From contig JBKBYA010000001.1 in NCBI GenBank assembly GCA_046313635.1, positions 652,340-716,339 of the forward strand: DNA of 64,000 bases, given 5' to 3'. The notes under the pieces are model-generated. The model was not told where the DNA came from and did not search any database. It saw nothing but the letters and a program-made list of their open reading frames with translations. Below are positions 38,133 through 48,258 of this stretch, piece after piece; the first letter of the stretch is position 1, and each line of letters begins with the position of its first letter. The position numbers and the translations under genes were made by a program. This DNA is from Pyrinomonadaceae bacterium. GTDB lineage: Bacteria; Acidobacteriota; Blastocatellia; Pyrinomonadales; Pyrinomonadaceae.

Positions 38133-40538
38133 ATGAACATCGCAAAAGCCGCCGTACTCGGTGCCGGGACCATGGGGGCGACCATCGCCGCCCATTTGGC
38201 GAATGCCGGGGTCCCCACGCTGCTTCTGGATATCGCGCCGCGAGAGCTGACGCCTGAAGAAGAGGCTGCGGGCCTCGGTCTCGATTCGCCGAAGGTGCGC
38301 AACCGCATCGTTCGCGCGGGTTTTGAGTCGCTCGCCAAGATGCGGCCGGCGGCCTATATGTCGGTCGAGAATTCGAAGCTGATCACGATCGGCAACTTCG
38401 CCGACGATATGCCGCGCATCAAGGACTGCGATCTTGTCATCGAGGCCGTCGTCGAGAACCTCGAGATCAAGCACAAGGTCTTTGCGGATGTCGACCGGTA
38501 TCGCAAGCCCGGCGCCGTGATCGCTTCAAATACGAGCGGCATCCCGATCGCGTCGATCGCCGAACCCTTCTCGGACGATTTCAAGAGGCAGTTTCTCGGC
38601 ATTCATTTCTTCAACCCGCCGCGGTATATGAAGCTCGTCGAGATCATCGCGACCGAATGGACGAGTCCCGAGGTCTCGTGCGCGATCGCGGGCTTTCTCG
38701 ATCGCCGGCTCGGCAAGGGAGTGGTGCCGGCAAAGGACCGGCCGAATTTCATTGCCAACCGCATCGGCACTTTCGGGATGATGGCGACGGTGCACGAAAT
38801 GCTGGCGATGGGCTTCACGCCGACCGAGGTCGATCAGATGACCGGCAAGGCGATCGGGCATGCGAAATCGGCGACGTTCAGGACCTCGGACCTGGTCGGT
38901 CTCGACGTGCTCGCTCACGTCAACCGAAACCTCTATCCTGCCGTGCCCGATGACGAGGACCGCGAGGTCTTCAAGATGCCGGAGCTGCTCGAGCGAATGC
39001 TCGAGCGCAAACTGCTCGGCGACAAGACGGGCGGAGGCTTTTACAAAAAGATCAAGTCGCCGGACGGCAAGACCGAGATACTCGAGCTCGACCTCGAGAC
39101 ATTCGAGTACAGGCCGCAGCAAAAGACCAAGTTCCCGTCGCTGGACGCCGCCAAGTCGATCGAGGACATCCCGGCCCGCGTCAAAAAGCTTGTGTGGGGC
39201 GACGACCGCGTCGGCGAGTTTCTCTGGAGGACGCACTCTCGAGTCTCTCGCTACGCCGCTAACCGCATCCCCGAGATCGCCGACACGATCGTCGAGATCG
39301 ACAACGCGATCAAGTGGGGATTTGGCTGGGAGATCGGCGTCTTTGAGGCATGGGACGCGATCGGCGTGCGCGAGTCGGTCGAGCGGATGCGGCGCGAAGG
39401 GCAGCCGATCCCGGAGAACGTGCAGCGAATGCTCGACGCCGGCGCCGAGAGCTTTTACAAGAACGACGGCGGTCAAGAGTACTTTTATGACCTCGTCGCA
39501 GGCGAATACAAACCGATGCCCGAGCGCCCCGGCGTGATCGTTCTCAGATCGGTAAAGGACCGCACGGGAGTGATCAAGTCAAACGCCGGCGCGTCGCTTA
39601 TCGACCTCGGCGACGGGGTCGCGTGCCTCGAGTTTCATTCCAAGATGAACTCGATCGGCGGCGACACCGTGCAGATGATCAACTTTGCTCTGGACGAGGT
39701 CGAGCGCAATTTCGAAGGTCTGGTGATCGGCAATCAGGGCGGCAACTTCTCGGCCGGTGCCAACATAATGATGCTGCTGATGGCCGCGCAAGAGGAGGAG
39801 TGGGACGACATCGCGATGATGGTCCACGCGCTGCAGTCGGCCGTGATGAGAATGCGATATTCGCCCAAGCCCGTCGTCACCGCGCCGTACGGGCTGACGC
39901 TCGGCGGCGGTTGCGAGATCGCGATGCACGGCAACCGCGTGCGGGCCGCGGCCGAGACGTATATCGGTCTCGTCGAGGTCGGCGTCGGCGTCATCCCGGC
40001 AGGCGGCGGCACCAAAGAGATGACGATGCGCGCGATGGACGCCGCCGCGAGAGTGCCTGACGCCGACCCGCTCGCTTTTCTCAAGACCTCGTTCGAGACG
40101 ATCGGAATGGGCAAGGTCGCGACATCGGCGCAGGAGGCTCGGGCGTGGGGATTTTTACGTGAGGTCGATTCTATTTCGATGAACGGCGACCGCCTGATCG
40201 CCGACGCAAAGCAGGAAGTCTTGAATCTCGTCGCCTCCGGCTTTACGCCGCCGGTCGAGCGGACCGACATTCTGGTTTTGGGCGAAGCGGCCGAGTCGGC
40301 GATGAAGCTCGCGCTGCATATGATGAAGCAGGGCGGCTACATCTCTGACCACGACGAGCTTATCGGCCGCAAGCTCGCGCACATCATGGCCGGCGGCAGC
40401 TTGAATCATCCCACGCGGGTCTCCGAGCGCTACCTGCTCGACCTCGAGCGTGAGGCATTCGTTTCGCTATGCGGCGAGCGAAAGACGCAGGAGCGCATCG
40501 CCGCGATGCTTAAGACCGGCAAGCCGCTGAGAAACTAG
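38133..40538 (+). CDS. fadN: 3-hydroxyacyl-CoA dehydrogenase/enoyl-CoA hydratase
   Basis: GAGTMG, SNTSG, HFFNPPRY, LGGGCE, TGKPLRN. Confidence 0.9.
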   Translation: MNIAKAAVLGAGTMGATIAAHLANAGVPTLLLDIAPRELTPEEEAAGLGLDSPKVRNRIVRAGFESLAKMRPAAYMSVENSKLITIGNFADDMPRIKDCDLVIEAVVENLEIKHKVFADVDRYRKPGAVIASNTSGIPIASIAEPFSDDFKRQFLGIHFFNPPRYMKLVEIIATEWTSPEVSCAIAGFLDRRLGKGVVPAKDRPNFIANRIGTFGMMATVHEMLAMGFTPTEVDQMTGKAIGHAKSATFRTSDLVGLDVLAHVNRNLYPAVPDDEDREVFKMPELLERMLERKLLGDKTGGGFYKKIKSPDGKTEILELDLETFEYRPQQKTKFPSLDAAKSIEDIPARVKKLVWGDDRVGEFLWRTHSRVSRYAANRIPEIADTIVEIDNAIKWGFGWEIGVFEAWDAIGVRESVERMRREGQPIPENVQRMLDAGAESFYKNDGGQEYFYDLVAGEYKPMPERPGVIVLRSVKDRTGVIKSNAGASLIDLGDGVACLEFHSKMNSIGGDTVQMINFALDEVERNFEGLVIGNQGGNFSAGANIMMLLMAAQEEEWDDIAMMVHALQSAVMRMRYSPKPVVTAPYGLTLGGGCEIAMHGNRVRAAAETYIGLVEVGVGVIPAGGGTKEMTMRAMDAAARVPDADPLAFLKTSFETIGMGKVATSAQEARAWGFLREVDSISMNGDRLIADAKQEVLNLVASGFTPPVERTDILVLGEAAESAMKLALHMMKQGGYISDHDELIGRKLAHIMAGGSLNHPTRVSERYLLDLEREAFVSLCGERKTQERIAAMLKTGKPLRN

Positions 40539-40552
40539 CATCGCGCCGAACA

Positions 40553-40589
40553 GTAATTATTAATTAGTAATTAGCCAATTAATAATTAT
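40553..40589. repeat. AT-rich heptamer palindromic repeat
   Basis: GTAATTATTAATTAGTAATTAGCCAATTAATAATTAT in a GC-rich context. Confidence 0.6.
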
Positions 40590-40619
40590 CGTTTCGAGCA
40601 ACATCACTTTAGGAGACTG

Positions 40620-41174
40620 ATGATGGCGAACGATATCGACGGGGTCCTAAACGAGATCGATCAGGTAACGGCTGACGTACAGGAGGCTTTTGGCGTATTG
40701 TCGGCCGAGCAGCTCAACTGGAGGCCGGCGCCCGAGTCGTGGAGCGTCGCGCAGAGCCTCGACCATTTGATCCGGTCGAACGAGGAGTTCTTTCCAGAGT
40801 TTGACAGCCTTGCGGCCGGCACGCGAAAGAACACCTTTTGGCAGACGATCTCGCCCCTGAGCGGCATCGCCGGCGTCTTCCTGGTCAAGACGCTCAAGAG
40901 CGACGGTCAAAAGGTAAAGACCAATCAAAAGATGACGCCGCCGAGCGATGTCGGCGGCGACATCGTCAAACGGTTTGTGCGGCACCAGGACGAGCTCAAG
41001 CAAAAGGTGCTCTCGATCGCCGCCGCCGACTGGAACAAGGTCGTGCTGACATCGCCATTCATAAAGATCATGACCTATCGTCTCGGCACCGGACTTGAGG
41101 CCCTGATCGAGCACGAAAAGCGTCATTTGCGGCAGGCAAAGCGGGTCGTCGAGACCGAAGGATTTCCGAAGTAG
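40620..41174 (+). CDS. DinB family protein
   Basis: QLNWRP...WSVAQSLDHL, HEKRHLRQA. Confidence 0.88.
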   Translation: MMANDIDGVLNEIDQVTADVQEAFGVLSAEQLNWRPAPESWSVAQSLDHLIRSNEEFFPEFDSLAAGTRKNTFWQTISPLSGIAGVFLVKTLKSDGQKVKTNQKMTPPSDVGGDIVKRFVRHQDELKQKVLSIAAADWNKVVLTSPFIKIMTYRLGTGLEALIEHEKRHLRQAKRVVETEGFPK

Positions 41175-41207
41175 TTCTTTGAAGATCGAACTTGAAGGGG
41201 AAGGCTG

Positions 41208-41906
41208 ATGATCGAACATTCCGGGTACGCGTTCATCTTCGATATGGACGGCACGCTCGTTGACAATATGCGGTTTCACACCGAGGCGTGGCAGATGATG
41301 CTCGCCGAGAACGGTGTCGAGATGGACCCCGAGGAGTTCCTAGTCCGCACGTCGGGCAAGACCAACCGCGAGATCATCCCGGGCATATTCCCGGACGCCG
41401 GCGAGGACGAGGTCGAGCGTTACGGCGAGCGAAAGGAGACGCTCTATCGAGAACTGTTTCTCGAGCACCGGCGGCCGGTGAGAGGCGCGGTCGAGTTTCT
41501 TGAGGCGGCGCGCGAGCTCGGCATACCGATGGCGGTCGCGACCGCGGCCCCGACGGCGAATGTCGAGTTCATCCTCGACGGGCTCGATCTAAGAAAGTAT
41601 TTCGCGGCGGTCACGACCGCGGCCGACGTGGCGAATGGCAAGCCGGACCCGGAATTTTTTACGGTGTCGGCGGCGAAGCTCGGCATCGCACCAGAGAAAT
41701 GTCTGGTCTTTGAGGATGCGTTGAATGGATTTGAGGCCGCGCGGCGGGCCGGGATGAAAGCGATCGGCATCACGACCGTCAACTCCGCAGAGGCTTTGAT
41801 CTCGCTCGAGTCGGTCGTCGCGGCATACGCCGATTTTGAATCGCTCGATCCGCGGAGGGTCATCGAGCAGTTCTTGCTGCCGCGGGCGGACGCCAACGTT
41901 TTATGA
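41208..41906 (+). CDS. HAD family phosphatase (beta-PGM-like)
   Basis: FDMDGTL, GKPDP, VFEDA. Confidence 0.9.
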   Translation: MIEHSGYAFIFDMDGTLVDNMRFHTEAWQMMLAENGVEMDPEEFLVRTSGKTNREIIPGIFPDAGEDEVERYGERKETLYRELFLEHRRPVRGAVEFLEAARELGIPMAVATAAPTANVEFILDGLDLRKYFAAVTTAADVANGKPDPEFFTVSAAKLGIAPEKCLVFEDALNGFEAARRAGMKAIGITTVNSAEALISLESVVAAYADFESLDPRRVIEQFLLPRADANVL

Positions 41907-42457
41907 ATCGCTGCACCTGGCCGTCGAATGATCTCGCGATCGCGTACCACGACAACGAGTGGGGCGTGCCGGTGCACGACGATCAGAAGCTGTTTGAATT
42001 CCTGGTGCTCGAGGGCTCGCAGGCGGGCCTCAGCTGGGACACGATACTTCGCAAACGCGAGAATTATCGGGCCGCTTTTGACCGATTCGATCCGGAGCGG
42101 GTGGCACGTTACGGCGAGGACAAGATCGCCGAGCTTTTGCAGAACGAGGGCATCGTTCGCAATCGTCTAAAGGTCGCGTCGGCGATCGCGAACGCAAAAG
42201 CGTTTTTGAAAGTGCAGGACGAGTTCGGCTCGTTCGACTCGTACATCTGGCGCTTTGTCGACGGGCGTCCGCTCGTGAATCGCGTCAGATCGTCGGCCGA
42301 CATCCCGGCCGCGACGCCGGTCTCCGACGCGATCAGCAAGGACCTGCGCGGACGAGGATTCAACTTTGTCGGCTCGACCATTATGTACGCATTTATGCAG
42401 GCAACCGGGATGGTCAACGATCATCTCGTGTCGTGCTTCAGATTCAAGGAGGTTTGA
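41903..42457 (+). CDS. tag: DNA-3-methyladenine glycosylase I
   Basis: RCTW, YHDNEWG, QAGLSW, FVGST, VNDHLVSC. Confidence 0.95.
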   Translation: MNRCTWPSNDLAIAYHDNEWGVPVHDDQKLFEFLVLEGSQAGLSWDTILRKRENYRAAFDRFDPERVARYGEDKIAELLQNEGIVRNRLKVASAIANAKAFLKVQDEFGSFDSYIWRFVDGRPLVNRVRSSADIPAATPVSDAISKDLRGRGFNFVGSTIMYAFMQATGMVNDHLVSCFRFKEV

Positions 42458-42458
42458 A

Positions 42459-42551
42459 CTTTCGCGTCCTTTGCGAGAACTTTGGGTTCTTTGCGGTTAA
42501 CCTTTCTTTCACCGCAAAGGCCGCAAAGTTCGGGACGCAAAGAACGCAAAG
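42459..42551. repeat. Inverted repeat of CTTTGCG/CGCAAAG units
   Basis: CTTTGCG-type units followed by CGCAAAG units. Confidence 0.7.
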
Positions 42552-42559
42552 TGGGGGAG

Positions 42560-43045
42560 ATGTCAGTCGATCATCCGGTCACGCCGGCGATCAGGTTTTT
42601 GCGGGAGATGAAGGTCGAATTTACGCCGCACCTTTACGACTACGTCGAGAAGGGCGGCACGCGCGAATCGGCCCGGCAGCTCGGCGTCGACGAGCACGCG
42701 GTGATCAAGACCTTGGTGTTTGAGACAAATGAGAAGAAGCCGCTGATCGTGCTGATGCACGGCGACCGCGAGGTTTCGACCAAGAATCTCGCGCGGCACC
42801 TCGGCGTCAGATCGGTCGGGCCGGCGACGCCCGAACGGGCAAACAAACTGACGGGTTATCTTGTCGGCGGGACTTCGCCTTTCGGCACAAAGACGACGCT
42901 GCCGGTCTATGCCGAAAGCTCGATCTTTGATCTGGACAGAATATTCATCAACGGCGGCAAGCGGGGATTTTTGATCGAGATCGATCCGCAAATGTTGAGA
43001 TCGACGATGCCCGTCGAGCAGGTAGAAGTTGGGATAAGTGACTAG
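42560..43045 (+). CDS. ybaK: Cys-tRNA(Pro) deacylase
   Basis: VIKTLV, GYLVGGTSPFG, NGGKRG. Confidence 0.88.
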   Translation: MSVDHPVTPAIRFLREMKVEFTPHLYDYVEKGGTRESARQLGVDEHAVIKTLVFETNEKKPLIVLMHGDREVSTKNLARHLGVRSVGPATPERANKLTGYLVGGTSPFGTKTTLPVYAESSIFDLDRIFINGGKRGFLIEIDPQMLRSTMPVEQVEVGISD

Positions 43046-43051
43046 AGAACT

Positions 43052-44230
43052 ATGAAAGAAGCAGTCATCGTTTCGGCCGTGCGCACGGCCGTTGGCAAGG
43101 CGCCGAAGGGCACTCTAAAAAATACGCGGCCCGATGATCTCGCCGCCGCGGCGATAAAAGAGGCGGTCAGCCGCGTCGAGGGTCTCAACCCCGCGGAGAT
43201 CGACGATGTCATCATGGGCTGCGCGTTCCCCGAGGCCGAGCAGGGAATGAACGTCGCACGCACCGCGATGATCGCGGCCGGCCTGCCGGTCGAGACCTCG
43301 GCGATGACGGTCAATCGCTACTGTTCGTCGGGTCTGCAGACCATCGCGATCGCCGCAGACCGCATTGCTGCGGGCGGCGCTGACGCGATCGTCGCGGGCG
43401 GGCTCGAGACGATGTCGCTTATCCCTATGGGCGGCAACAAGGTGCGTCCCAATCCGGCGATCGTCGACTCGTATCCCGACTATTACCTCAACATGGGACT
43501 CACGGCCGAGAATGTCGCACGCAAGTACGAGATCACGCGCGAGCAGTCTGACGAATTCTCGCTGCGTTCGCATCAAAAGGCGGCGGCTGCGATCCACGCG
43601 GGAAACTTCAAGGACGAGATCGTGCCGTTCACCGTGCGGATCGACGAGCTCGACGACAAGGGCCGCGTGCGGAGCAAGGAAGTAGTTTTCGACACGGACG
43701 AGGGCGTGCGTTTCGACGCGACGCTTGAAGGTTTGCAAAAGCTTAAGCCGGTCTTTCACGCCAAAGGCGTCGTCACCGCGGGCAGTGCTTCGCAGATGTC
43801 GGACGGCGCGGCCGCGGTCGTCGTCATGTCGGCCGACCGCGCCAGAGAGATCGGAGCAAAGCCGCTCGCGAGATTCGTCTCGTTCGCGACCGCCGGCTGC
43901 CTGCCCGAGGAGATGGGCATCGGCCCGGTATATGCGATACCGAAGGCGCTCAAGCTCGCCGGTCTCACACTCGATCAGATCGACGTTATCGAGCTCAACG
44001 AGGCCTTTGCCGTGCAGGGCCTCGCCGTGATGAAGCTGCTCGAGATGGATCCTGACAAGGTCAACGTCAACGGCGGAGCGATCGCCCTCGGCCATCCGCT
44101 CGGCTGCACCGGTGCAAAGCTGACCGCCTCGCTTCTGCCTGAGATGGCACGTCGCAACGCCCGCTACGGGATGGTCACGATGTGCGTCGGCGGCGGAATG
44201 GGGGCAGCGGGAATATTCGAGCGAATCTAA
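43052..44230 (+). CDS. fadA: Acetyl-CoA C-acyltransferase (thiolase)
   Basis: NRYCSSG, NEAFA, GHPLG, MCVGGG. Confidence 0.92.
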   Translation: MKEAVIVSAVRTAVGKAPKGTLKNTRPDDLAAAAIKEAVSRVEGLNPAEIDDVIMGCAFPEAEQGMNVARTAMIAAGLPVETSAMTVNRYCSSGLQTIAIAADRIAAGGADAIVAGGLETMSLIPMGGNKVRPNPAIVDSYPDYYLNMGLTAENVARKYEITREQSDEFSLRSHQKAAAAIHAGNFKDEIVPFTVRIDELDDKGRVRSKEVVFDTDEGVRFDATLEGLQKLKPVFHAKGVVTAGSASQMSDGAAAVVVMSADRAREIGAKPLARFVSFATAGCLPEEMGIGPVYAIPKALKLAGLTLDQIDVIELNEAFAVQGLAVMKLLEMDPDKVNVNGGAIALGHPLGCTGAKLTASLLPEMARRNARYGMVTMCVGGGMGAAGIFERI

Positions 44231-44264
44231 GTCAGAACCGCCCGCTGACGCAGGCGGTTCTGAC
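44231..44264. repeat. REP-like palindrome
   Basis: GTCAGAACCGCC-N10-GGCGGTTCTGAC, same family as the 4228 and 20893 copies. Confidence 0.8.
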
Positions 44265-44294
44265 TGGGTCGTCGCAGATTAATGAGAGGATTGT

Positions 44295-46079
44295 ATGGAA
44301 ACACAGATGGAGAAAGAGTACGTGAAAGGCGGAGCATTCCTGATCGAGGACGCGACCGCGGCCGAGGTTTTTACACCCGAGGATTTTACCGACGAGCAGC
44401 GGATGATCGGCGAGACGACACGCGAGTTTGTTGACAACGAGGTCCAGCCAAACATTCCCGCGATGGAAGGTCACGCCTGGGAGGTCGCTCGTGACCTCGT
44501 GCGCAAGGGCGGCGAGCTCGGCCTGCTCGGCGCGACCATTCCCGAGGAGTACGGCGGGCTCGGGCTCGACCAGACGACCGGCGTCGTGATCGCCGAGATG
44601 ATGGGCCGTGCGGGCGGATTCGGCACCACATTCGGCGCGCAGACGTCGATCGGACTGCTTCCCATCCTGTACTTCGGCTCCGAAGAGTTGAAGAAGACGT
44701 GGATACCAAAGATCGTCTCCGGCGAGGTCGTGACCGCTTACTGCCTGTCCGAGGCCGGCTCGGGCTCGGACGCGCTCGGCGCCAAGACGACCGCACGGCT
44801 GACCGAGGACGGCCAACACTACATCCTCAACGGCGAAAAGATGTGGATCTCCAACGGCGGCTTTGCAGACGTCTTTATCGTTTTTGCAAAGGTCGACGGC
44901 GAGAAAGAGAAGTTCTCAGCGTTCGTCGTCGAGCGCAGTGAGAACTGCCGGCCCGGGCACGAAGAGCACAAGATGGGCATCAAGTCTTCGTCAACGACGC
45001 CGCTCATTTTGTCGGACGCAAAAGTGCCGGTGACCAACCTGATCGGCAACGTCGGCGACGGCGCAAAGATCGCGTTCAATATTTTGAATGTTGGCAGATT
45101 CAAGCTGGGCGCGTCGGTGACGGGCGGTGCAAAGCTCGCGATCCACGAGGCCGTTCGCTACGCCAACGAGCGTCACCAGTTCAACCGGCCGATCTCGAGC
45201 TTTGGCGCGATCAGGCACAAGCTTGCCGAGATGGCGATCCGCACGTGGGTCGCCGAGTCGATCACGTACCGCACCGTCGGTATGATCGACGCGCTGATCG
45301 GCGACGGCGCAAGCGGCGAAAAGAAGCTGCAGTCGATCGAGGAGTATGCCGTCGAGTCGTCGATCAACAAGGTCGCCTGCAGCGAGGCGCTCGATTACGT
45401 CGTGGACGAGATGGTCCAGATCTACGGCGGCTACGGCTATTCGGCCGACTATCCGGCCGAGAAGGCGTATCGCGATTCGCGCATCAACCGCATCTTTGAG
45501 GGCACTAACGAGATCAACCGGATGCTCATTCCCGGCCAGCTGCTGAAGCGCGCGATGAAGGGCAAGCTCGGTCTGCTGCAGGCCGCAAAGGCGCTGCAGG
45601 ACGAGATCCTGAATCCGCCGATGGGGTTTGACGAGGACGGCGGAGCGTTATTGTCGGCGGAAACCAAGCTCGCCAAGAACGCCAAAAAGATAGCCCTGAT
45701 GGTGCTCGGCACCGCGGCGCAAAAGTACATGGCCGACCTGCAAAATCAGCAGGAGATACTCCTCAACTGCGCCGACATCATAATGGAGGCCTACCAGATG
45801 GAGTCCGCCATTCTCCGCGCCAGAAAGTACGCCGACCGCAACGGCGAAGACGCGGCCGCCCGCTACGTCGATATGGCCGCCGTCTACTGCAACGACGCGA
45901 TCCAGCGCGTCGAGGCAAAAGCCAGGAACACTATCGCCGCGATGGCCGAGGGCGACGAGATGCGGATGCTGCTCGCGGCACTGAAACGCTTTACCAAAAA
46001 CAATTCGCCGATCAATACCATCGCCGCCCGCCAGCGCATCGCCGAGGTGCTGATCCAGGCGAATACGTACGCGTTCTAG
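44295..46079 (+). CDS. fadE: Acyl-CoA dehydrogenase
   Basis: LSEAGSGSD, NGEKMWISN, YGGYG, RIFEGTNEI. Confidence 0.9.
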   Translation: METQMEKEYVKGGAFLIEDATAAEVFTPEDFTDEQRMIGETTREFVDNEVQPNIPAMEGHAWEVARDLVRKGGELGLLGATIPEEYGGLGLDQTTGVVIAEMMGRAGGFGTTFGAQTSIGLLPILYFGSEELKKTWIPKIVSGEVVTAYCLSEAGSGSDALGAKTTARLTEDGQHYILNGEKMWISNGGFADVFIVFAKVDGEKEKFSAFVVERSENCRPGHEEHKMGIKSSSTTPLILSDAKVPVTNLIGNVGDGAKIAFNILNVGRFKLGASVTGGAKLAIHEAVRYANERHQFNRPISSFGAIRHKLAEMAIRTWVAESITYRTVGMIDALIGDGASGEKKLQSIEEYAVESSINKVACSEALDYVVDEMVQIYGGYGYSADYPAEKAYRDSRINRIFEGTNEINRMLIPGQLLKRAMKGKLGLLQAAKALQDEILNPPMGFDEDGGALLSAETKLAKNAKKIALMVLGTAAQKYMADLQNQQEILLNCADIIMEAYQMESAILRARKYADRNGEDAAARYVDMAAVYCNDAIQRVEAKARNTIAAMAEGDEMRMLLAALKRFTKNNSPINTIAARQRIAEVLIQANTYAF

Positions 46080-46187
46080 TTTCTGCGTGGTGCGGCGCAG
46101 CGAATTCCCAAAGTGCCATCTGCTAGGGTCCGAAGCTGTCTGCCTCGGGCCCTATTTGTATCACCATTTTTGGAGATCGCCGCTTTA

Positions 46188-47246
46188 TTAAATGACCGTC
46201 ATCGCCTTGGAGAGTGCAGCGGTGCGGGTCTCTACGCCGAGCTTCTTGTAAATGTTCTCAACGTGTTTCTCGACGGTGCGGACGCTGATGTTGCAAAGGG
46301 CGGCGATCGTTGGATCAGTCTTTCCTTCCGTGATCCAGCAAAGTATCTCGCATTCTCGGGCAGTTAACCCGAAGGGACGGAAATCATCGGGCCTGCAGGA
46401 CCGCTTTTCTTCTAGAAGCAGGAGTTCTTCGCGGGTGGATCGGTTGTCGAGGAGCCGAACGGTGAGGCGGGAACCGTCAGGATTCTGAGCGCAATAAGGT
46501 TCCACGGGGAGGCTGTATTCCGATCCGCCGGACCGCAATCTTGCCGCCCTGATCCAACCGGACAGCGTTTGCGGGAGCGAATCCGCTGCGAGAGTCTCCG
46601 CCGGGAAGTACTTCTCCAGCAGAGTTCGGGCATGAGAGCTCGCAAATGTCGTGCGGCCAGCCGAACCGAGCGCCACAACGCCCTGCCCGCCGGCCTGCAT
46701 CGCCGCGCTGATACGCCCAAACGCGAAGCCGTTCCGGATCGCATTGACGAAGTGAGGGGCGGCGAGGGTCGCGATCGTTTTTTCATGCTCGCTAAAGTCG
46801 CTGCCTCCCCGAGTAAAGGCGCAGGTCATCACCAGGTCTCCCTCGGACAGAAGGCCGAGTCCCATCTGTTTATTTACGTGAACGGGCCGGAATACGACAT
46901 TGTAAAGGTCGGTTCGCTCAAACTTTGCCTGACTCACCGCGTCGGTTATTTTTATCGCCTCTCCATTCGGATTGGTGATAGACAATTTCACGATCGGGTG
47001 CTGGTGGAGAAGTTCTCCGAAGGGCTTCATGAACGCCGGGTCCAGCAAGAGCCGGTCGTTTGCCCAGACGGTGTGCTCGTACCGCGGAGTCGGGGAAAAC
47101 AGCTCGAACGACACCAGATCGCACTTCACGATCATTGCCGCCGCCCCGACCGCCCGCTCGGCCAGCGTCGCCGGGTCCGGGTCGGAATTGAGGTGCTCCA
47201 ACGCGGCAAGCAGAAGAGCGGCTGCTCGGGAGTCAATTCTTTTCAT
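46188..47246 (-). CDS. LuxR-family regulator with N-terminal GAF/PAS-like region
   Basis: LTARECEIL..GKT...IA..SVRTVEKHVENIYKKLGV. Confidence 0.9.
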   Translation of the reverse strand: MKRIDSRAAALLLAALEHLNSDPDPATLAERAVGAAAMIVKCDLVSFELFSPTPRYEHTVWANDRLLLDPAFMKPFGELLHQHPIVKLSITNPNGEAIKITDAVSQAKFERTDLYNVVFRPVHVNKQMGLGLLSEGDLVMTCAFTRGGSDFSEHEKTIATLAAPHFVNAIRNGFAFGRISAAMQAGGQGVVALGSAGRTTFASSHARTLLEKYFPAETLAADSLPQTLSGWIRAARLRSGGSEYSLPVEPYCAQNPDGSRLTVRLLDNRSTREELLLLEEKRSCRPDDFRPFGLTARECEILCWITEGKTDPTIAALCNISVRTVEKHVENIYKKLGVETRTAALSKAMTVI

Positions 47247-47282
47247 AATGTTTAGACCGGGACCGACGGGTGAACTTTGATC

Positions 47283-47298
47283 TACGTACTTTTACGTA
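47283..47298. promoter_or_regulatory. Palindromic operator candidate
   Basis: TACGTA-CTTT-TACGTA in the divergent intergenic region. Confidence 0.5.
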
Positions 47299-47397
47299 TT
47301 TTTCTGACCGGGGGATTATATTAAAATTGCCGCTCACATAAAAGACGGAACTTCCTGCTTTAACGATTCAAATCTTGCGTACCCAATTCAAATCACT

Positions 47398-48258
47398 ATG
47401 AACGTCCACAGATTCAATCTGCTCCGTTTGACGCTGATCTCAATATCGGTCCTCTTATGCCTGGGCGTCGCCGATACCGCCGCTCAGGACAGCTGCGATA
47501 TCGATAGTTTGCAGGTGCGCTCCTCACGGTTTACGGAGAATTACGCGTTTCCGACGGACCCTGAGGCAAAGCAAAACGGGGCAGTGGCAGCGAAGGATCT
47601 GATCAGGAGGTTCGATGCCTACGGCTGCATCCTCGGCAGAGACGCGGTCCCTTACCTAAAGGCGTGGTTGAAACGCCATTCCCCCGGATATAGCGACTCG
47701 CAGACACCCAGCCTCGCAAGCGAGGTGTGCGGGCTCAACGCGGCCGGGACAGTGGCATACATTAACCGGTTGGCAATGCAATCCGAAGGGCTATGGCATT
47801 ACTCGCCCTTGGTGAAACGGAATCTGGTTCAAATCGAAGCCCGTTTCGAACTACGGTCCGATTTACAAGTGCGAATCACTTTGGTTAGAAAGTCCTTCAC
47901 GGGCGAGGTTACTCCGGATAACTGTAAAGATGCGGGGGTCGTTTACCAGATTTACGAGTTCGATCCCACTGAGGTCGAAAGCGTGAATCGGGCCGCTTCT
48001 GACGGCAAATGGGGCAGTCTTGACATCAAGTTACGCGGTAATACGGTCAATGTGGATTCCTGGGGACAGGGTTATACCGTCGTTAACAACCGTGGGTGTT
48101 CAGGTTGGGGCAAGATCGTGGGGCCCAACGGTCAAACATGGAAGGCCGGAGCTGCCTGGTTACCGTTCCGGCAGTCCGATCCGAATAATTTCGAACGCCT
48201 GCAAAAGGCGATCCTCCATCTCCGCGAACTCGCAATCGACGAATATGACGACTACTAG
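47398..48258 (+). CDS. Secreted hypothetical protein
   Basis: Signal peptide, several Cys; first gene of a co-directional run. Confidence 0.65.
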   Translation: MNVHRFNLLRLTLISISVLLCLGVADTAAQDSCDIDSLQVRSSRFTENYAFPTDPEAKQNGAVAAKDLIRRFDAYGCILGRDAVPYLKAWLKRHSPGYSDSQTPSLASEVCGLNAAGTVAYINRLAMQSEGLWHYSPLVKRNLVQIEARFELRSDLQVRITLVRKSFTGEVTPDNCKDAGVVYQIYEFDPTEVESVNRAASDGKWGSLDIKLRGNTVNVDSWGQGYTVVNNRGCSGWGKIVGPNGQTWKAGAAWLPFRQSDPNNFERLQKAILHLRELAIDEYDDY

